From contig DASZIH010000057.1 in NCBI GenBank assembly GCA_035949355.1, positions 48-64,047 on the forward strand: a stretch of 64,000 bases of DNA, written 5' to 3'. The DNA is from Acidimicrobiales bacterium. Its GTDB lineage: Bacteria; Actinomycetota; Acidimicrobiia; Acidimicrobiales; RAAP-2. A model generated the notes under the pieces. The model worked only from the letters and a program-made list of their open reading frames with translations, ran no database searches and was not told the origin of the DNA. Both the position numbers and the translations under genes were made by a program. The number at the start of each line of letters is the position of its first letter. The first letter of the stretch is position 1. Shown piece after piece: positions 38,340-47,936 of the stretch.

Positions 38340-39763
38340 GGAGCCTTCACGCTCGACGATGACGGTGGTCCCGTCGTCAACTCGTTGAGAAGAGCGACGA
38401 CCTCCGCCGCGCAGTAGAAACCTTGACAGCGCCCGTTCATCGCGCGGGTCCTTCGCCGAAGACCACCGACGTCGGGCGCCGCGAACTCGCCGGTGCACGC
38501 GTCGACGATCTCGCCACGGCTCACCCGCTCACAGTGACAGACGATTTCGCCGTAGTCGTTTCGGATCGCGATCGCCTCGACGTCGTCGTAGCGACGACGT
38601 TGCGACTCCCCTAGAGGCGGCATCGCCGGTACCACCGCGACGACGTTGCGTTCCGTGAGCGCCACACCCGCGCCGATGACGAGTTCCACGACGTGTTCGG
38701 CGATGGCCATCGACGCCGTGAGACCGGTCGATCGAATGCCCCCGACGCACACGTAGCGCTCCTCGGGGTGCGGGCGTATCTGGTAGTCCTGAAACTCGGT
38801 CGCCGCTCGCAGGCCCGCGTACGTCGCGGTGACCTCCTCGTTCAACAGCTTGGGGAGAATTCGACGCCCCGCGTCAACAAGGCGCGCGAGGCCGTTCTCC
38901 GTCGTCGCGGTGTCGAAGGGATCGTCGACGTCCTCGGCCGTCGGCCCGAGAAGGAGGTTGCCGTAGACCGTGGGCGCGACGAGCACACCCTTCGTCCTCG
39001 ACGTCGGCACCGGCAGGATGATCGAACGAATGAGACCCCGTGCCAGTTTGTCGAAGACGATCAGCTCGCCTCGTCGAGGCACGACCGTGAAGTCATGGTG
39101 GTCACAGAGTCCGTCGACGTCGCTCGAGGAGAGTCCCGCTGCGTTGATCACCCAGCGGGTGCGCACGTCGCCCGAGGTCGTGGTCACGACACTGTTGGCG
39201 TCGCCGAACGCAACGCCCGTGACCGTCGAGTTGAAGAGAAACGTGACACCGCCCGACGCCGCTTCCTTCGCGAACGCCAGCGTCGTCGACCACGGGCAGA
39301 TGATGGATTCGCCCGGCACGTCGAGACCACCGCGAACGCCTTCGCCGAGATTCGCCTCGCGTTCGCGCACTTGTTGAGCGCTGAGGAGCCGCGTCTCGGC
39401 GTAGCCATTCATCTCGGCCTTCTCCTGGAGGGCCGCCAACGCGTCGAGTTGTTCGTCGTCCCAGGCGACCAACAGTCCTCCGGTGCGCTCCACCGCGATC
39501 CCCGCGAGCGCGGCGTACGAGCCGAGGAGGTCGTAGCCCCGTCGCACGAGCGAGGACTCGAGCGTCCCGGGGACGCAGTCGAATCCCGTGTGCAGGATGG
39601 CGGTGTTCGCTTTGGACGTGCCGTTACCCACGTCGTTGGACTGTTCCACCACCGTGACCGAGAGGTCGTAGCGGGCGAGGTGTCGGGCGATGGCGCAACC
39701 CACGGCGCCTGCGCCGATCACGGTCACGTCGACGACGCCGTCGTGGACGTTCCGATCACCCAT
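38336..39763 (-). CDS. FAD-dependent oxidoreductase (glycerol-3-phosphate dehydrogenase/LhgO-like) with BFD-like [2Fe-2S] domain
   Basis: IGAGAVG, GTSKANTAILHTG, GIRSTGLT, VCHCE...GRCQGFYC. ATG 39763. Confidence 0.88.
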   Translation of the reverse strand: MGDRNVHDGVVDVTVIGAGAVGCAIARHLARYDLSVTVVEQSNDVGNGTSKANTAILHTGFDCVPGTLESSLVRRGYDLLGSYAALAGIAVERTGGLLVAWDDEQLDALAALQEKAEMNGYAETRLLSAQQVREREANLGEGVRGGLDVPGESIICPWSTTLAFAKEAASGGVTFLFNSTVTGVAFGDANSVVTTTSGDVRTRWVINAAGLSSSDVDGLCDHHDFTVVPRRGELIVFDKLARGLIRSIILPVPTSRTKGVLVAPTVYGNLLLGPTAEDVDDPFDTATTENGLARLVDAGRRILPKLLNEEVTATYAGLRAATEFQDYQIRPHPEERYVCVGGIRSTGLTASMAIAEHVVELVIGAGVALTERNVVAVVPAMPPLGESQRRRYDDVEAIAIRNDYGEIVCHCERVSRGEIVDACTGEFAAPDVGGLRRRTRAMNGRCQGFYCAAEVVALLNELTTGPPSSSSVKAP

Positions 39764-41204
39764 GCTGGTCACCGACACTCGCGGCCTCGACGACTCGCCT
39801 CGCGGCCGCTTCCCACGCCCCGAGTCGGTTGGACGCCTCGTCGGCGCTAATCGAAGGTTCGAAGCGCCGACCCCGTGGCGCGCTCGCGTGACCGCCGAGC
39901 GCGCCGCCCTCCAACCCCACGAGCGCCAAGGACCCGATACCGAGCGCCGTGGCGTGGGGGGAAGGGAAGAGCTCGACGGGAACTTGAAGAAGATCGGCCT
40001 GGAGTTGCATGAGCACGTCGGACCGGGTGAGTCCACCGTCCACGCGCAGCAACGAAAGTTGTTGACCGAGGTCAGCTTCGGCGGCGCGAACCAGTGTCGC
40101 GACCTGACAGGCGAGTCCCTCGAGTACCGCGTAGACGAGTTCACTCGGTCCCGTGTCAAGCGTCATGCCCTCAAAGTGGGCTTTCGCGTGGGGCTGCCAG
40201 TGCGGTGCTCCGAGTCCCGCGAGCGAGGGGACGCACAGGACGGCCGAATCGTGGGCGGCGTTACGCGCGACGTCGTCGAGTTCGTCGGCGTCTCGTACGA
40301 GTCCCAACGTCCGCAACCATTCAACGGCACTCCCCGCGGTGTACACCTGACCATCGAGGCAGTACGCGTGTTCCTCGCCAATCTGCCACGCGACAGAAGC
40401 CGAGAGTCCGTTGAGTGACCTGCGAGGCTCCGATCCCGTCGTCACCAAGAGAAAGGCGCCCGTGCCGAACGTGCACTTCCCTTCACCTGACTGAAGACAG
40501 CTCTCACCAACGAGAGCGGCCTGTTGGTCGACCGCGAGGCCGGTCAACTGCAGCGTGGGGCCAAAGACGGCGGTCTCACCAAAGTGACCCGCGCAGTCGA
40601 GGACATCGGGCAACGAGCCGACGTCGAGACCGAAGAGCGACGCCGCTTCCGGGGACCACTGTCGGGCGTCGAGATCGAGGAGTAACGAGCGCGACGCGGT
40701 GCTCGCGTCGGTCATGAATCGCCCGGTGAGTTGAAAGTTGAGCCACGCGTCGACGCCCGTCACCCGTGCCGACGACGGCACACGGTCCGCAAGCCAACGC
40801 AGTTTTGGTGCGGTGAAATAGGGGTCGAGCGGAAGACCCGTCAGTTCTCGCAACCGGTGCGCCGAATCCACCATTCGCTCCGTGACCACCGATGAGCGTC
40901 GATCCTGCCAGGTGATGGCGGAGGAGACGACCTCTCCCGTGATCGGGTCCCACGCGACCACGGTTTCACCTTGGTTGGCGACGCCGACCGCGCCGACGAC
41001 CACCGACGCTGAGGCGAGCGCTGTTCGACCGGCCTCGACGATGGAGTGCAGTAGTTCTCTCGCGTCCTGCTCCACTCCTCCGTCACCCACGGGGGTCGGA
41101 TGGACAGCCACCTCCGCCTCGGACAGCACCTCACCGTCGCCAGAGATGACGAGCGCCTTCGTCGACGACGTGCCTTGGTCGATCGCCAGGACGTTCACAC
41201 TCAT
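39756..41204 (-). CDS. FGGY family carbohydrate kinase (glycerol kinase-like)
   Basis: AIDQGTSSTK, WQDRR, DPYFTAPK, DQQAAL, CTFGTG, RVDGG. Confidence 0.88.
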   Translation of the reverse strand: MSVNVLAIDQGTSSTKALVISGDGEVLSEAEVAVHPTPVGDGGVEQDARELLHSIVEAGRTALASASVVVGAVGVANQGETVVAWDPITGEVVSSAITWQDRRSSVVTERMVDSAHRLRELTGLPLDPYFTAPKLRWLADRVPSSARVTGVDAWLNFQLTGRFMTDASTASRSLLLDLDARQWSPEAASLFGLDVGSLPDVLDCAGHFGETAVFGPTLQLTGLAVDQQAALVGESCLQSGEGKCTFGTGAFLLVTTGSEPRRSLNGLSASVAWQIGEEHAYCLDGQVYTAGSAVEWLRTLGLVRDADELDDVARNAAHDSAVLCVPSLAGLGAPHWQPHAKAHFEGMTLDTGPSELVYAVLEGLACQVATLVRAAEADLGQQLSLLRVDGGLTRSDVLMQLQADLLQVPVELFPSPHATALGIGSLALVGLEGGALGGHASAPRGRRFEPSISADEASNRLGAWEAAARRVVEAASVGDQHG

Positions 41205-41348
41205 GGGACCTCACGTACCTTGTTCGGTTCTCGGTCGATTCGCAGCGGCGAAGGATTCGGGATTAGTTGACAAACGTACACGAGGACGCCCGCGGGGCGA
41301 GCCACGTCCCCGGCAACCTCACCATCACTCGTTCGACCTCGATCCGAG

Positions 41349-42341
41349 TCAGGGCGCGACGCGCAGGAGGCACTTTCCGATCTGGCGTCGATCCTCCAAC
41401 GCCGCGTGCGCTCGCTCGACGTCGTCAAACGTGTACTCACCAGCGATCTGTACAGTGAGCGAACCGTCAGCGAGACCGTCGAAGACGGCGTCGGCCCGGC
41501 GTTGCGTCGTCGAGCGGTCCGCAACATAATCCGCGAGTCGAGGTCGCGTGAGCCACAGCGAACCGGACTCACCGAGCTCAATGGGGTCGAGGTCGCGAAT
41601 CGATCCAGCGACCGAGCCGTAGTTGACGACGACGCCTCGCGACCTCGTCGCGCGAAAGCTGTCGCGCAGCGTCGGAGCACCGAGCGCGTCAAAGACGACG
41701 TCCACGCCACGACCGGACGTCGCGCTGAGCACTTCATCGACGAAACCGCCGCCTCCGTAGAGGAAGGCGTCGTCGGCACCACGCTCGAGGGCCACGCGAG
41801 CCTTCTCGGGCGAACTGGTCGTGGCAAAGACGGTGGCGCCGGCCTTCTTCGCGAACTGGATGAGCAACTGGCCTATCGCGCCCGAGGCCGCGTGAATCAG
41901 ACACGTGCTGTCGGGACCCAAGCGACCGACGTCGTGACAAAGGTAGTGCGCCGTGCACCCCTGAAAGAGCGACGCGGCGGCCACGCGCAACTCAACGTTC
42001 GCCGGGACCTTCACGACCCGTCGTTGCGGGACCACGGCGAACTCGGCGTAACTCCCCCACGACAGGCACCACGCCACGCGGTCGCCGACGTCAACGTCCG
42101 TACTGCCGTCACCGACGTCGACGACGATGCCCGCACCTTCCATGCCGAGCGTGAGGGGCAGGTGCAAGGGGTAGGTCCGCGATCCTTCGTACTTACCTTG
42201 GCGCGTGTGCACGTCCATGAAATTGACACCCGCGAAAGCCACGCTGACGAGAACTTCCGAAGGTCCGGGTACGGGGATGGGCACGTCCCAACGCTCGAGG
42301 ACCGACTCGTCCCCGTACTGCAAGATACCGATTGCTCTCAC
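41349..42341 (-). CDS. NADPH:quinone oxidoreductase (MDR family)
   Basis: GVNFMD, LGMEGAG, IHAASGAIG, GVDVVFD. Confidence 0.9.
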   Translation of the reverse strand: MRAIGILQYGDESVLERWDVPIPVPGPSEVLVSVAFAGVNFMDVHTRQGKYEGSRTYPLHLPLTLGMEGAGIVVDVGDGSTDVDVGDRVAWCLSWGSYAEFAVVPQRRVVKVPANVELRVAAASLFQGCTAHYLCHDVGRLGPDSTCLIHAASGAIGQLLIQFAKKAGATVFATTSSPEKARVALERGADDAFLYGGGGFVDEVLSATSGRGVDVVFDALGAPTLRDSFRATRSRGVVVNYGSVAGSIRDLDPIELGESGSLWLTRPRLADYVADRSTTQRRADAVFDGLADGSLTVQIAGEYTFDDVERAHAALEDRRQIGKCLLRVAP

Positions 42342-42363
42342 GGCGCGTCAGCACTCCTTGACA

Positions 42364-42400
42364 GTCGAAAGGGAGAGGCGGTGTGCCTCTCCCTTTCGAC
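42364..42400 (-). terminator. Stem-loop terminator downstream of nrdJ
   Basis: Perfect 16-bp inverted repeat GTCGAAAGGGAGAGGC-GGTGT-GCCTCTCCCTTTCGAC, 36 nt after the nrdJ stop. Confidence 0.75.
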
Positions 42401-42436
42401 GAATTCCTTTACCGGCTCGAGTCGCGCTCGTGTTCG

Positions 42437-45283
42437 TTATGAACAACCGCTCGTCGCGCCACAGCTCGAACAGACGTAACACGAACCCGCGCGCTGCATC
42501 GCGTTGCCGCACTGGTAGCACATGGGCGCGTCACGCTGCTCGGATCGACTGATAAGTCCCGGCGTCTCACGAGTGGCCGTGGGCTTCTCGTTCACTTCGA
42601 TGAGCGACTGCTGGATCGGCAGGTTGATCGTGGGTGTCGCCTGTTCGGCGACCCCCAGCAACGTGGGCTGGATCCGCTCACTCGTCGAGAGCACGCCGAT
42701 CTCCTCACGCTCGGCTGGGCTTAAGTAGTCGAGCGCCAAGCGACGGAAGATGTAGTCCACGAGCGACGTCGCGATGCGCAGGTCCCCGTCGTCGGTCATG
42801 CCCGACGGCTCGAATTTCATGTTCTGGTACTTGCGAACGTAGGTGACGAGGGGCACGCCGTGCTGGAGACCGAGGCTGATGGAGATCGAGAACGCGTCCA
42901 TGATGCCCGCGAGCGTGGAGCCCTGCTTCGCGACCTTGATGAACACCTCACCGGGACGACCGTCTTCGTACTCACCCACCGTGACGTAGCCCTCACAGTC
43001 AGCGACACGGAACGCGAACGTCGACGAGACGCGTCGACGAGGCAAACGCTCGCGAACAGCACCGACGACCACGTGCGCACCCTCGTCGCGGGCGTGCTCG
43101 AGTGCGGCCTCGAGACGCGCGATCTGCGAGTAGAGCTCGACCACTTCCGCGGCGTCGACGTCGGACTCGCTGACGGGTGCGCTTTGGCCCTCGCCGTCCT
43201 TCTTCGCGGTGGAGAGGGGCTGGCCCACCTTGCAGTTGTCGCGGTAGATCGCGACGGCCTTGATGCCGAGGCGCCACGCGTCGAGGTGGAGGTTCTCCAC
43301 GTCCTCGATCGTCGCGTCTTCGGGCATGTTCACTGTCTTGGAGATCGCGCCCGAGATGAAGGGCTGCACCGCTCCCATCATGCGCACGTGTCCCGAGTAG
43401 TGAATGGTGTTGTCACCCATGGAACACGCGAAGATCGGCAGGTGTTCGGCCTTCAGCGCAGGCGCGCCCACGATGGTCTTGTGCTCGTCGATGTAGGCAA
43501 TGATGACCTCACGCTCGATCTCGCTGTAACCGAGCACGTCGAGCGCGCGCGGCACCGTCTGGTTGACGATCGACATGTTGCCGCCGCCGACGAGCTTCTT
43601 GAACTTCACGAGTCCGAGGTCGGGCTCGATGCCCGTGGTGTCGCAGTCCATCAACAGGCCGATCGTGCCCGTCGGGGCGAGCACCGTCGCCTGGGCGTTA
43701 CGAACACCGTGACGCGCGCCCAGCTCCACGGCCTCTTCCCACGCGCCTTTCGCGGCCTCGAGGATGCTCGCTGGCGCCAGGTCGGCGTCGATGTCGTACG
43801 CCGCGTCGCGGTGCATGCGCAGCACGTTGAGCATGGGCTCAGCGTTCTCCGCGTAGCCCTCGTGCGGGCCCATGCGACCAGCCGTGCGCGCACTGGTGGC
43901 GTAGGCGTGACCGGTCATGAGCGCGGTGATCGCACCAGCCCAGGCGCGACCGGCGTCGGAGTCGTACGCGAGACCCGAGGCCATCAACAGCGCGCCAAGG
44001 TTCGCGTAGCCGAGACCTAATTGGCGGAACTTGCGCGAGTTCTCGCCGATCTTCTCGGTCGGGTAGTCGGCCGCGCCGACGATGATCTCCTGCGCGCTGA
44101 AGAGCACCTCGACGGCGCTCTTGAAGGCGTCGACTTCAAAGTGTCCGTCGGTGCCGAGGAACTTCATCAGGTTGATGCTCGCGAGGTTGCACGCCGAGTT
44201 GTCGATGTGCATGTACTCCGAGCACGGGTTCGAACCGTTGATCCGGTCGGTGTTGGACGAGGTGTGCCACTTGTTGATGGTGGTGTCGAACTGCAAGCCA
44301 GGGTCCGCGCACTCCCACGCGGCGCGAGCGATCTGACGCCAGAGATCGCGGGCCTTCACGGTGCGAATCGTCGCGTTGCCGTGACGGGCCGTGAGATTCC
44401 AATCACCGTCCGCGAGGACGGCTTCCATGAACTCATCCGAGACTCGAACGGAGTTGTTGGCGTTCTGGTACTGAATCGAGTTGATGTCCTTGCCGTCGAG
44501 GTCCATGTCGAAACCGGCGTCACGCAAGACGCGCGCCTTGTTCTCTTCGTTGGCCTTACACCAGATGAACTCTTCGATGTCGGGGTGGTTGGCGTCGAGG
44601 ATGACCATCTTCGCCGCGCGACGAGTCTTGCCACCGGATTTGATCGTGCCGGCTGAGGCGTCCGCGCCGCGCATGAACGAGACGGGACCACTCGCGGTGC
44701 CACCACCTTCGAGTGCTTCGGCGCTGGAGCGAATCTTCGAGAGATTGACGCCCGCGCCCGAGCCGCCCTTGAAGATGATGCCCTCTTCGGTGTACCAGTT
44801 GAGGATGGAGCGCATCGAGTCCTGTACGGCGAGGATGAAGCAGGCACTGCCCTGCTGGGGAACACCCTTCACGCCGATGTTGAACCAGACGGGCGAGTTG
44901 AAGGCGGCCTTTTGCGTGATGAGCAAGTGCTTGAGCTCGGCGCGGAAGGTCTCGGCCTCCTCCTCGTCCACGAAGTAGTCACCCTCGACGCCCCAGGTCG
45001 TGATGGTGTCGACGATGCGGTCGACGACCTGCTTCAGTGACGTCTCACGCTCGGGCGTCCCGAGCGTGCCGCGGAAGTACTTCTGGGCGAGGATGTTCGT
45101 CGCGTTGAACGACCAGGTGGAGGGTACTTCCACGTCGAGCTGCTCGAAGGCCACCGAGCCATCACGGAAGTTCGAGATACGCGCGTCGCGACGGTCCCAG
45201 ATCACCTCGTCGTAGGGATGACGATCCTCGGTGGTGAAAAAACGACGAATTCCAATCCCGAGTCGCTGAGGTGCGATGGCCAT
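42437..45283 (-). CDS. nrdJ: Vitamin B12-dependent (class II) ribonucleotide reductase
   Basis: FNSPVWFN, SACFI, SNPCSEY, ACNLAS, APTGTI, TSCPD-like domain, C-terminal CxxC..CxxCG..SGCS. Confidence 0.96.
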   Translation of the reverse strand: MAIAPQRLGIGIRRFFTTEDRHPYDEVIWDRRDARISNFRDGSVAFEQLDVEVPSTWSFNATNILAQKYFRGTLGTPERETSLKQVVDRIVDTITTWGVEGDYFVDEEEAETFRAELKHLLITQKAAFNSPVWFNIGVKGVPQQGSACFILAVQDSMRSILNWYTEEGIIFKGGSGAGVNLSKIRSSAEALEGGGTASGPVSFMRGADASAGTIKSGGKTRRAAKMVILDANHPDIEEFIWCKANEENKARVLRDAGFDMDLDGKDINSIQYQNANNSVRVSDEFMEAVLADGDWNLTARHGNATIRTVKARDLWRQIARAAWECADPGLQFDTTINKWHTSSNTDRINGSNPCSEYMHIDNSACNLASINLMKFLGTDGHFEVDAFKSAVEVLFSAQEIIVGAADYPTEKIGENSRKFRQLGLGYANLGALLMASGLAYDSDAGRAWAGAITALMTGHAYATSARTAGRMGPHEGYAENAEPMLNVLRMHRDAAYDIDADLAPASILEAAKGAWEEAVELGARHGVRNAQATVLAPTGTIGLLMDCDTTGIEPDLGLVKFKKLVGGGNMSIVNQTVPRALDVLGYSEIEREVIIAYIDEHKTIVGAPALKAEHLPIFACSMGDNTIHYSGHVRMMGAVQPFISGAISKTVNMPEDATIEDVENLHLDAWRLGIKAVAIYRDNCKVGQPLSTAKKDGEGQSAPVSESDVDAAEVVELYSQIARLEAALEHARDEGAHVVVGAVRERLPRRRVSSTFAFRVADCEGYVTVGEYEDGRPGEVFIKVAKQGSTLAGIMDAFSISISLGLQHGVPLVTYVRKYQNMKFEPSGMTDDGDLRIATSLVDYIFRRLALDYLSPAEREEIGVLSTSERIQPTLLGVAEQATPTINLPIQQSLIEVNEKPTATRETPGLISRSEQRDAPMCYQCGNAMQRAGSCYVCSSCGATSGCS

Positions 45284-45378
45284 TTCTCTCTCTTTTCTAT
45301 CCAGTAACCGACACTAAGAACACGCGTCCGGCGACGTGGAGTCGAGAAGTCAAGGTTAATGGCCCCATTCTCCCCTAG

Positions 45379-45425
45379 CCACAAGATGTAGTGGCAATGC
45401 CACTTCTCATCGCAAGATGCTGTGT
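45379..45425. promoter_or_regulatory. Tandem NrdR boxes
   Basis: CCACAAGATGTAGTGG (45379-45394) and TCGCAAGATGCTGTGT (45410-45425), 31 bp apart, upstream of nrdJ; they fit the acaCwAtATaTwGtgt consensus. Confidence 0.85.
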
Positions 45426-45426
45426 T

Positions 45427-45455
45427 ATTACAGCACTGTAATTACAACTTGTCAA
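45427..45455 (-). promoter_or_regulatory. Putative nrdJ promoter
   Basis: Minus strand TTGACA-N17-TGTAAT with TGn extension, directly upstream of the NrdR boxes. Confidence 0.55.
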
Positions 45456-45542
45456 CTACTAATTTGAATACTTTTTCAGATTTCTCGGAAGTCCAGTCTA
45501 GGCCCCAATACCGTCCTCACTTCCCTCGATAGCCTGACCCGG

Positions 45543-47015
45543 ATGGAGTTGATCCTCGCCCTCGACGCGGGTACCACGGGCGTGCGAACGGTGGCTTTTG
45601 ATCCTGACCTCCAGATCGTCGACGAGGCCTACCTCGAGCTCGCCCAGTACTTCCCCGCTCCGGGGGAGGTCGAACACGACCCCCACGAGATGGTCCAGTT
45701 GGCCGTGTCGACCCTGCGCGAGGTCGCGGCGCGCGCGCGTGACGCGGGTCACCACGTCGCGGCGCTCGGCCTCACCAATCAACGAGAGACAACGGTCGGC
45801 TTCGACCGTGAAAGTGGTGAAATCTTCCAACGCGCCATCGTGTGGCAAGACCGTCGCACCGCCGAGCTCTGCCGAGAACTTGACGAACAGGGACACGGCG
45901 ACGACGTTCGTGCGACGACCGGTCTCGTACTCGATTCGTACTTTTCTGCGACGAAAATGAAATGGATGCTCGAACGCGGCCTCGCCGACGAGGCGAAGCG
46001 GCCGAGCTTCTCGACCATTGACTCGTGGCTGCTCTGGACCCTCTCGGGCGGCGTCGAAGGCGGCGTCTTCGTCACCGAGCCCTCCAACGCTTCACGAACC
46101 TCGCTGATGGACTTAGCGACCCTCGACTGGTCGCCTACGATGATCACTCTCTTTGGCGTACCGCGCTCGATGCTCGCTGACGTGCGCGCGTCGGCGAGTG
46201 CGTTCTGCGTCGTGAGTGGTGACGTCGTCCCCGAACTCGCGGGCGTCCCTGTGACCGGCGTCCTCGGCGACCAACAGTCCGCGCTCTTCGGACAGGCCTG
46301 CTTCACGCCGGGTCTGGTGAAGGCCACGTACGGCACGGGCGCGTTCATCCTCGCGAACGCCGGCGACGCGGTACCGGGGGTCGTAAAGGGCCTGCTCAGC
46401 ACCGTCGCGTGGGACCTCGGCGCTTTCGGTCCGACGAGCTACGCGCTCGAGGGATCGGCCTTCGTCGCCGGCGCTGCGGTGCAGTGGCTCCGTGATCTCG
46501 ACTTCATCTCGGCCTCCAGCGAACTCGAGTCGCTCGCTCTTTCCGTCGACAACGCCGCCGGCGTGCAGTTCGTGCCCGCCTTCACCGGGCTCGGCTCACC
46601 GTTTTGGAACCCCGACGCGCGCGGCGCGATCGTGGGCCTCAGTCGTGGCGTCGGCAAGGGCGAGATCGCGCGCGCGTTGGTCGAAGCGCTCGCGTACCAA
46701 GTACGAGCGATGACTGACGCCTTTCGTGACGGTGGCGTCGAACTGAAGGAACTTCGCGCCGACGGCGGCGCGTCAGCGATGGACCTGCTCCTCCAACTGC
46801 AAGCGACGAACTCGCGGGTGGACGTGCTGCGAAGTTCGTCACTCGAAGCGACGGCGCGCGGCGCGGCGAGTGTCGCGGGTCTCGAAGTCGGACTCTGGTC
46901 CTCACTCGATGAGCTGAGCGCACGTTGGCACGGCGTCGCGCGGTTTCGACCCGAGGATCCCACCTTCGTCGACGCCGGCTACGACTCGTGGCGTCGCGCG
47001 TTGGAACGCGCCTGA
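45543..47015 (+). CDS. glpK: Glycerol kinase
   Basis: LDAGTTG, TNQRET, VWQDRRT, DSYFSATK, NASRT, GDQQSALFGQ, KATYGTG, PAFTGLGSPFW. Confidence 0.88.
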   Translation: MELILALDAGTTGVRTVAFDPDLQIVDEAYLELAQYFPAPGEVEHDPHEMVQLAVSTLREVAARARDAGHHVAALGLTNQRETTVGFDRESGEIFQRAIVWQDRRTAELCRELDEQGHGDDVRATTGLVLDSYFSATKMKWMLERGLADEAKRPSFSTIDSWLLWTLSGGVEGGVFVTEPSNASRTSLMDLATLDWSPTMITLFGVPRSMLADVRASASAFCVVSGDVVPELAGVPVTGVLGDQQSALFGQACFTPGLVKATYGTGAFILANAGDAVPGVVKGLLSTVAWDLGAFGPTSYALEGSAFVAGAAVQWLRDLDFISASSELESLALSVDNAAGVQFVPAFTGLGSPFWNPDARGAIVGLSRGVGKGEIARALVEALAYQVRAMTDAFRDGGVELKELRADGGASAMDLLLQLQATNSRVDVLRSSSLEATARGAASVAGLEVGLWSSLDELSARWHGVARFRPEDPTFVDAGYDSWRRALERA

Positions 47016-47048
47016 AGAGTAGTTTCGAGCCAGCGACTCGGGGGGACG

Positions 47049-47933
47049 ATGGAAAACTACGTCACGCGCGTGCTGCGCGCGGGATTGGCCTTTGGCGAAG
47101 GACCGCGTTGGCACGAGGACCGTCTTTGGTACTCAGACTTCTATCGACACGGGGTCTACTCCCTCGACGACACGGGGACCGACGAGCGACTCGAGCACGT
47201 CGTCCCTGGTCAGCCCTCGGGACTGGGTTGGACGACCGATGGTGACCTGCTCTGCGTGTCCATGACCGACCATCGCGTCCTTCGCTTTCACGAAGGTCAC
47301 GAAACGCTCTTCGCCGACCTCTCGCCCTACTGCGGATTCTGGGCCAACGACATGGTCGTCTCGGCTAGCGACGTGAGCTACGTCGGCAACTTCGGATTCG
47401 ATCTGGACGTGATGTTGCGCGACGTCGGCATCGAAGGGATACTCGCGACACCCCCGCCGACGACGAACCTCGTGGTCCTCGGTCCCGAAGGCGAGGTGCG
47501 TCAGGTCGTGCCCGATCTGGCGTTTCCCAACGGCGTCGTCATCACCCCCGACGGAACGACGTTGATCGTCGGCGAGACCATGACGTTCCGGTTGACGGCG
47601 TTCGACATCAGTGACGACGGGACGCTCTCCAATCGCCGCGTGTGGGCGCAGTTGGACTTCGTCGCCACCGACGGGATGTGCCTCGACGATGAGGGAGAGA
47701 TCTGGCTCGCGAACGCACTCACGAATCAGTGCCTTCGCGTTCGAGAGGGCGGCGAGATCACCGGCGTCACCGAGACGTCCCAGACGGCTTTCGCGTGTGC
47801 CCTGGGCGGCGAGAATCGCTCGACGCTCTACGTGATGTGTGCTCCGACGAGCGACCGGTTCAAGCTCGCTGACACGACCGAAGCCACGATCGAAATCACC
47901 GACGTTCGCGTGCCCGGCGCCGGTCTCCCCTAG
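47049..47933 (+). CDS. SMP-30/gluconolactonase family protein
   Basis: GEGPRW, AND, FPNG, DGMCLD. Confidence 0.9.
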   Translation: MENYVTRVLRAGLAFGEGPRWHEDRLWYSDFYRHGVYSLDDTGTDERLEHVVPGQPSGLGWTTDGDLLCVSMTDHRVLRFHEGHETLFADLSPYCGFWANDMVVSASDVSYVGNFGFDLDVMLRDVGIEGILATPPPTTNLVVLGPEGEVRQVVPDLAFPNGVVITPDGTTLIVGETMTFRLTAFDISDDGTLSNRRVWAQLDFVATDGMCLDDEGEIWLANALTNQCLRVREGGEITGVTETSQTAFACALGGENRSTLYVMCAPTSDRFKLADTTEATIEITDVRVPGAGLP

Positions 47934-47936
47934 CGA

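Noticed and set aside
42860-44656. Long plus-strand ORFs opposite nrdJ
   Set aside because: Antisense shadows of a strongly codon-biased gene.
44650-45283. Possible intein or insertion in NrdJ
   Set aside because: No intein splice motifs seen and the protein length is normal for actinobacterial NrdJ.
45284-45378. Cobalamin riboswitch upstream of B12-dependent nrdJ
   Set aside because: The leader is too short and lacks B12-box motifs; NrdR boxes explain the regulation.
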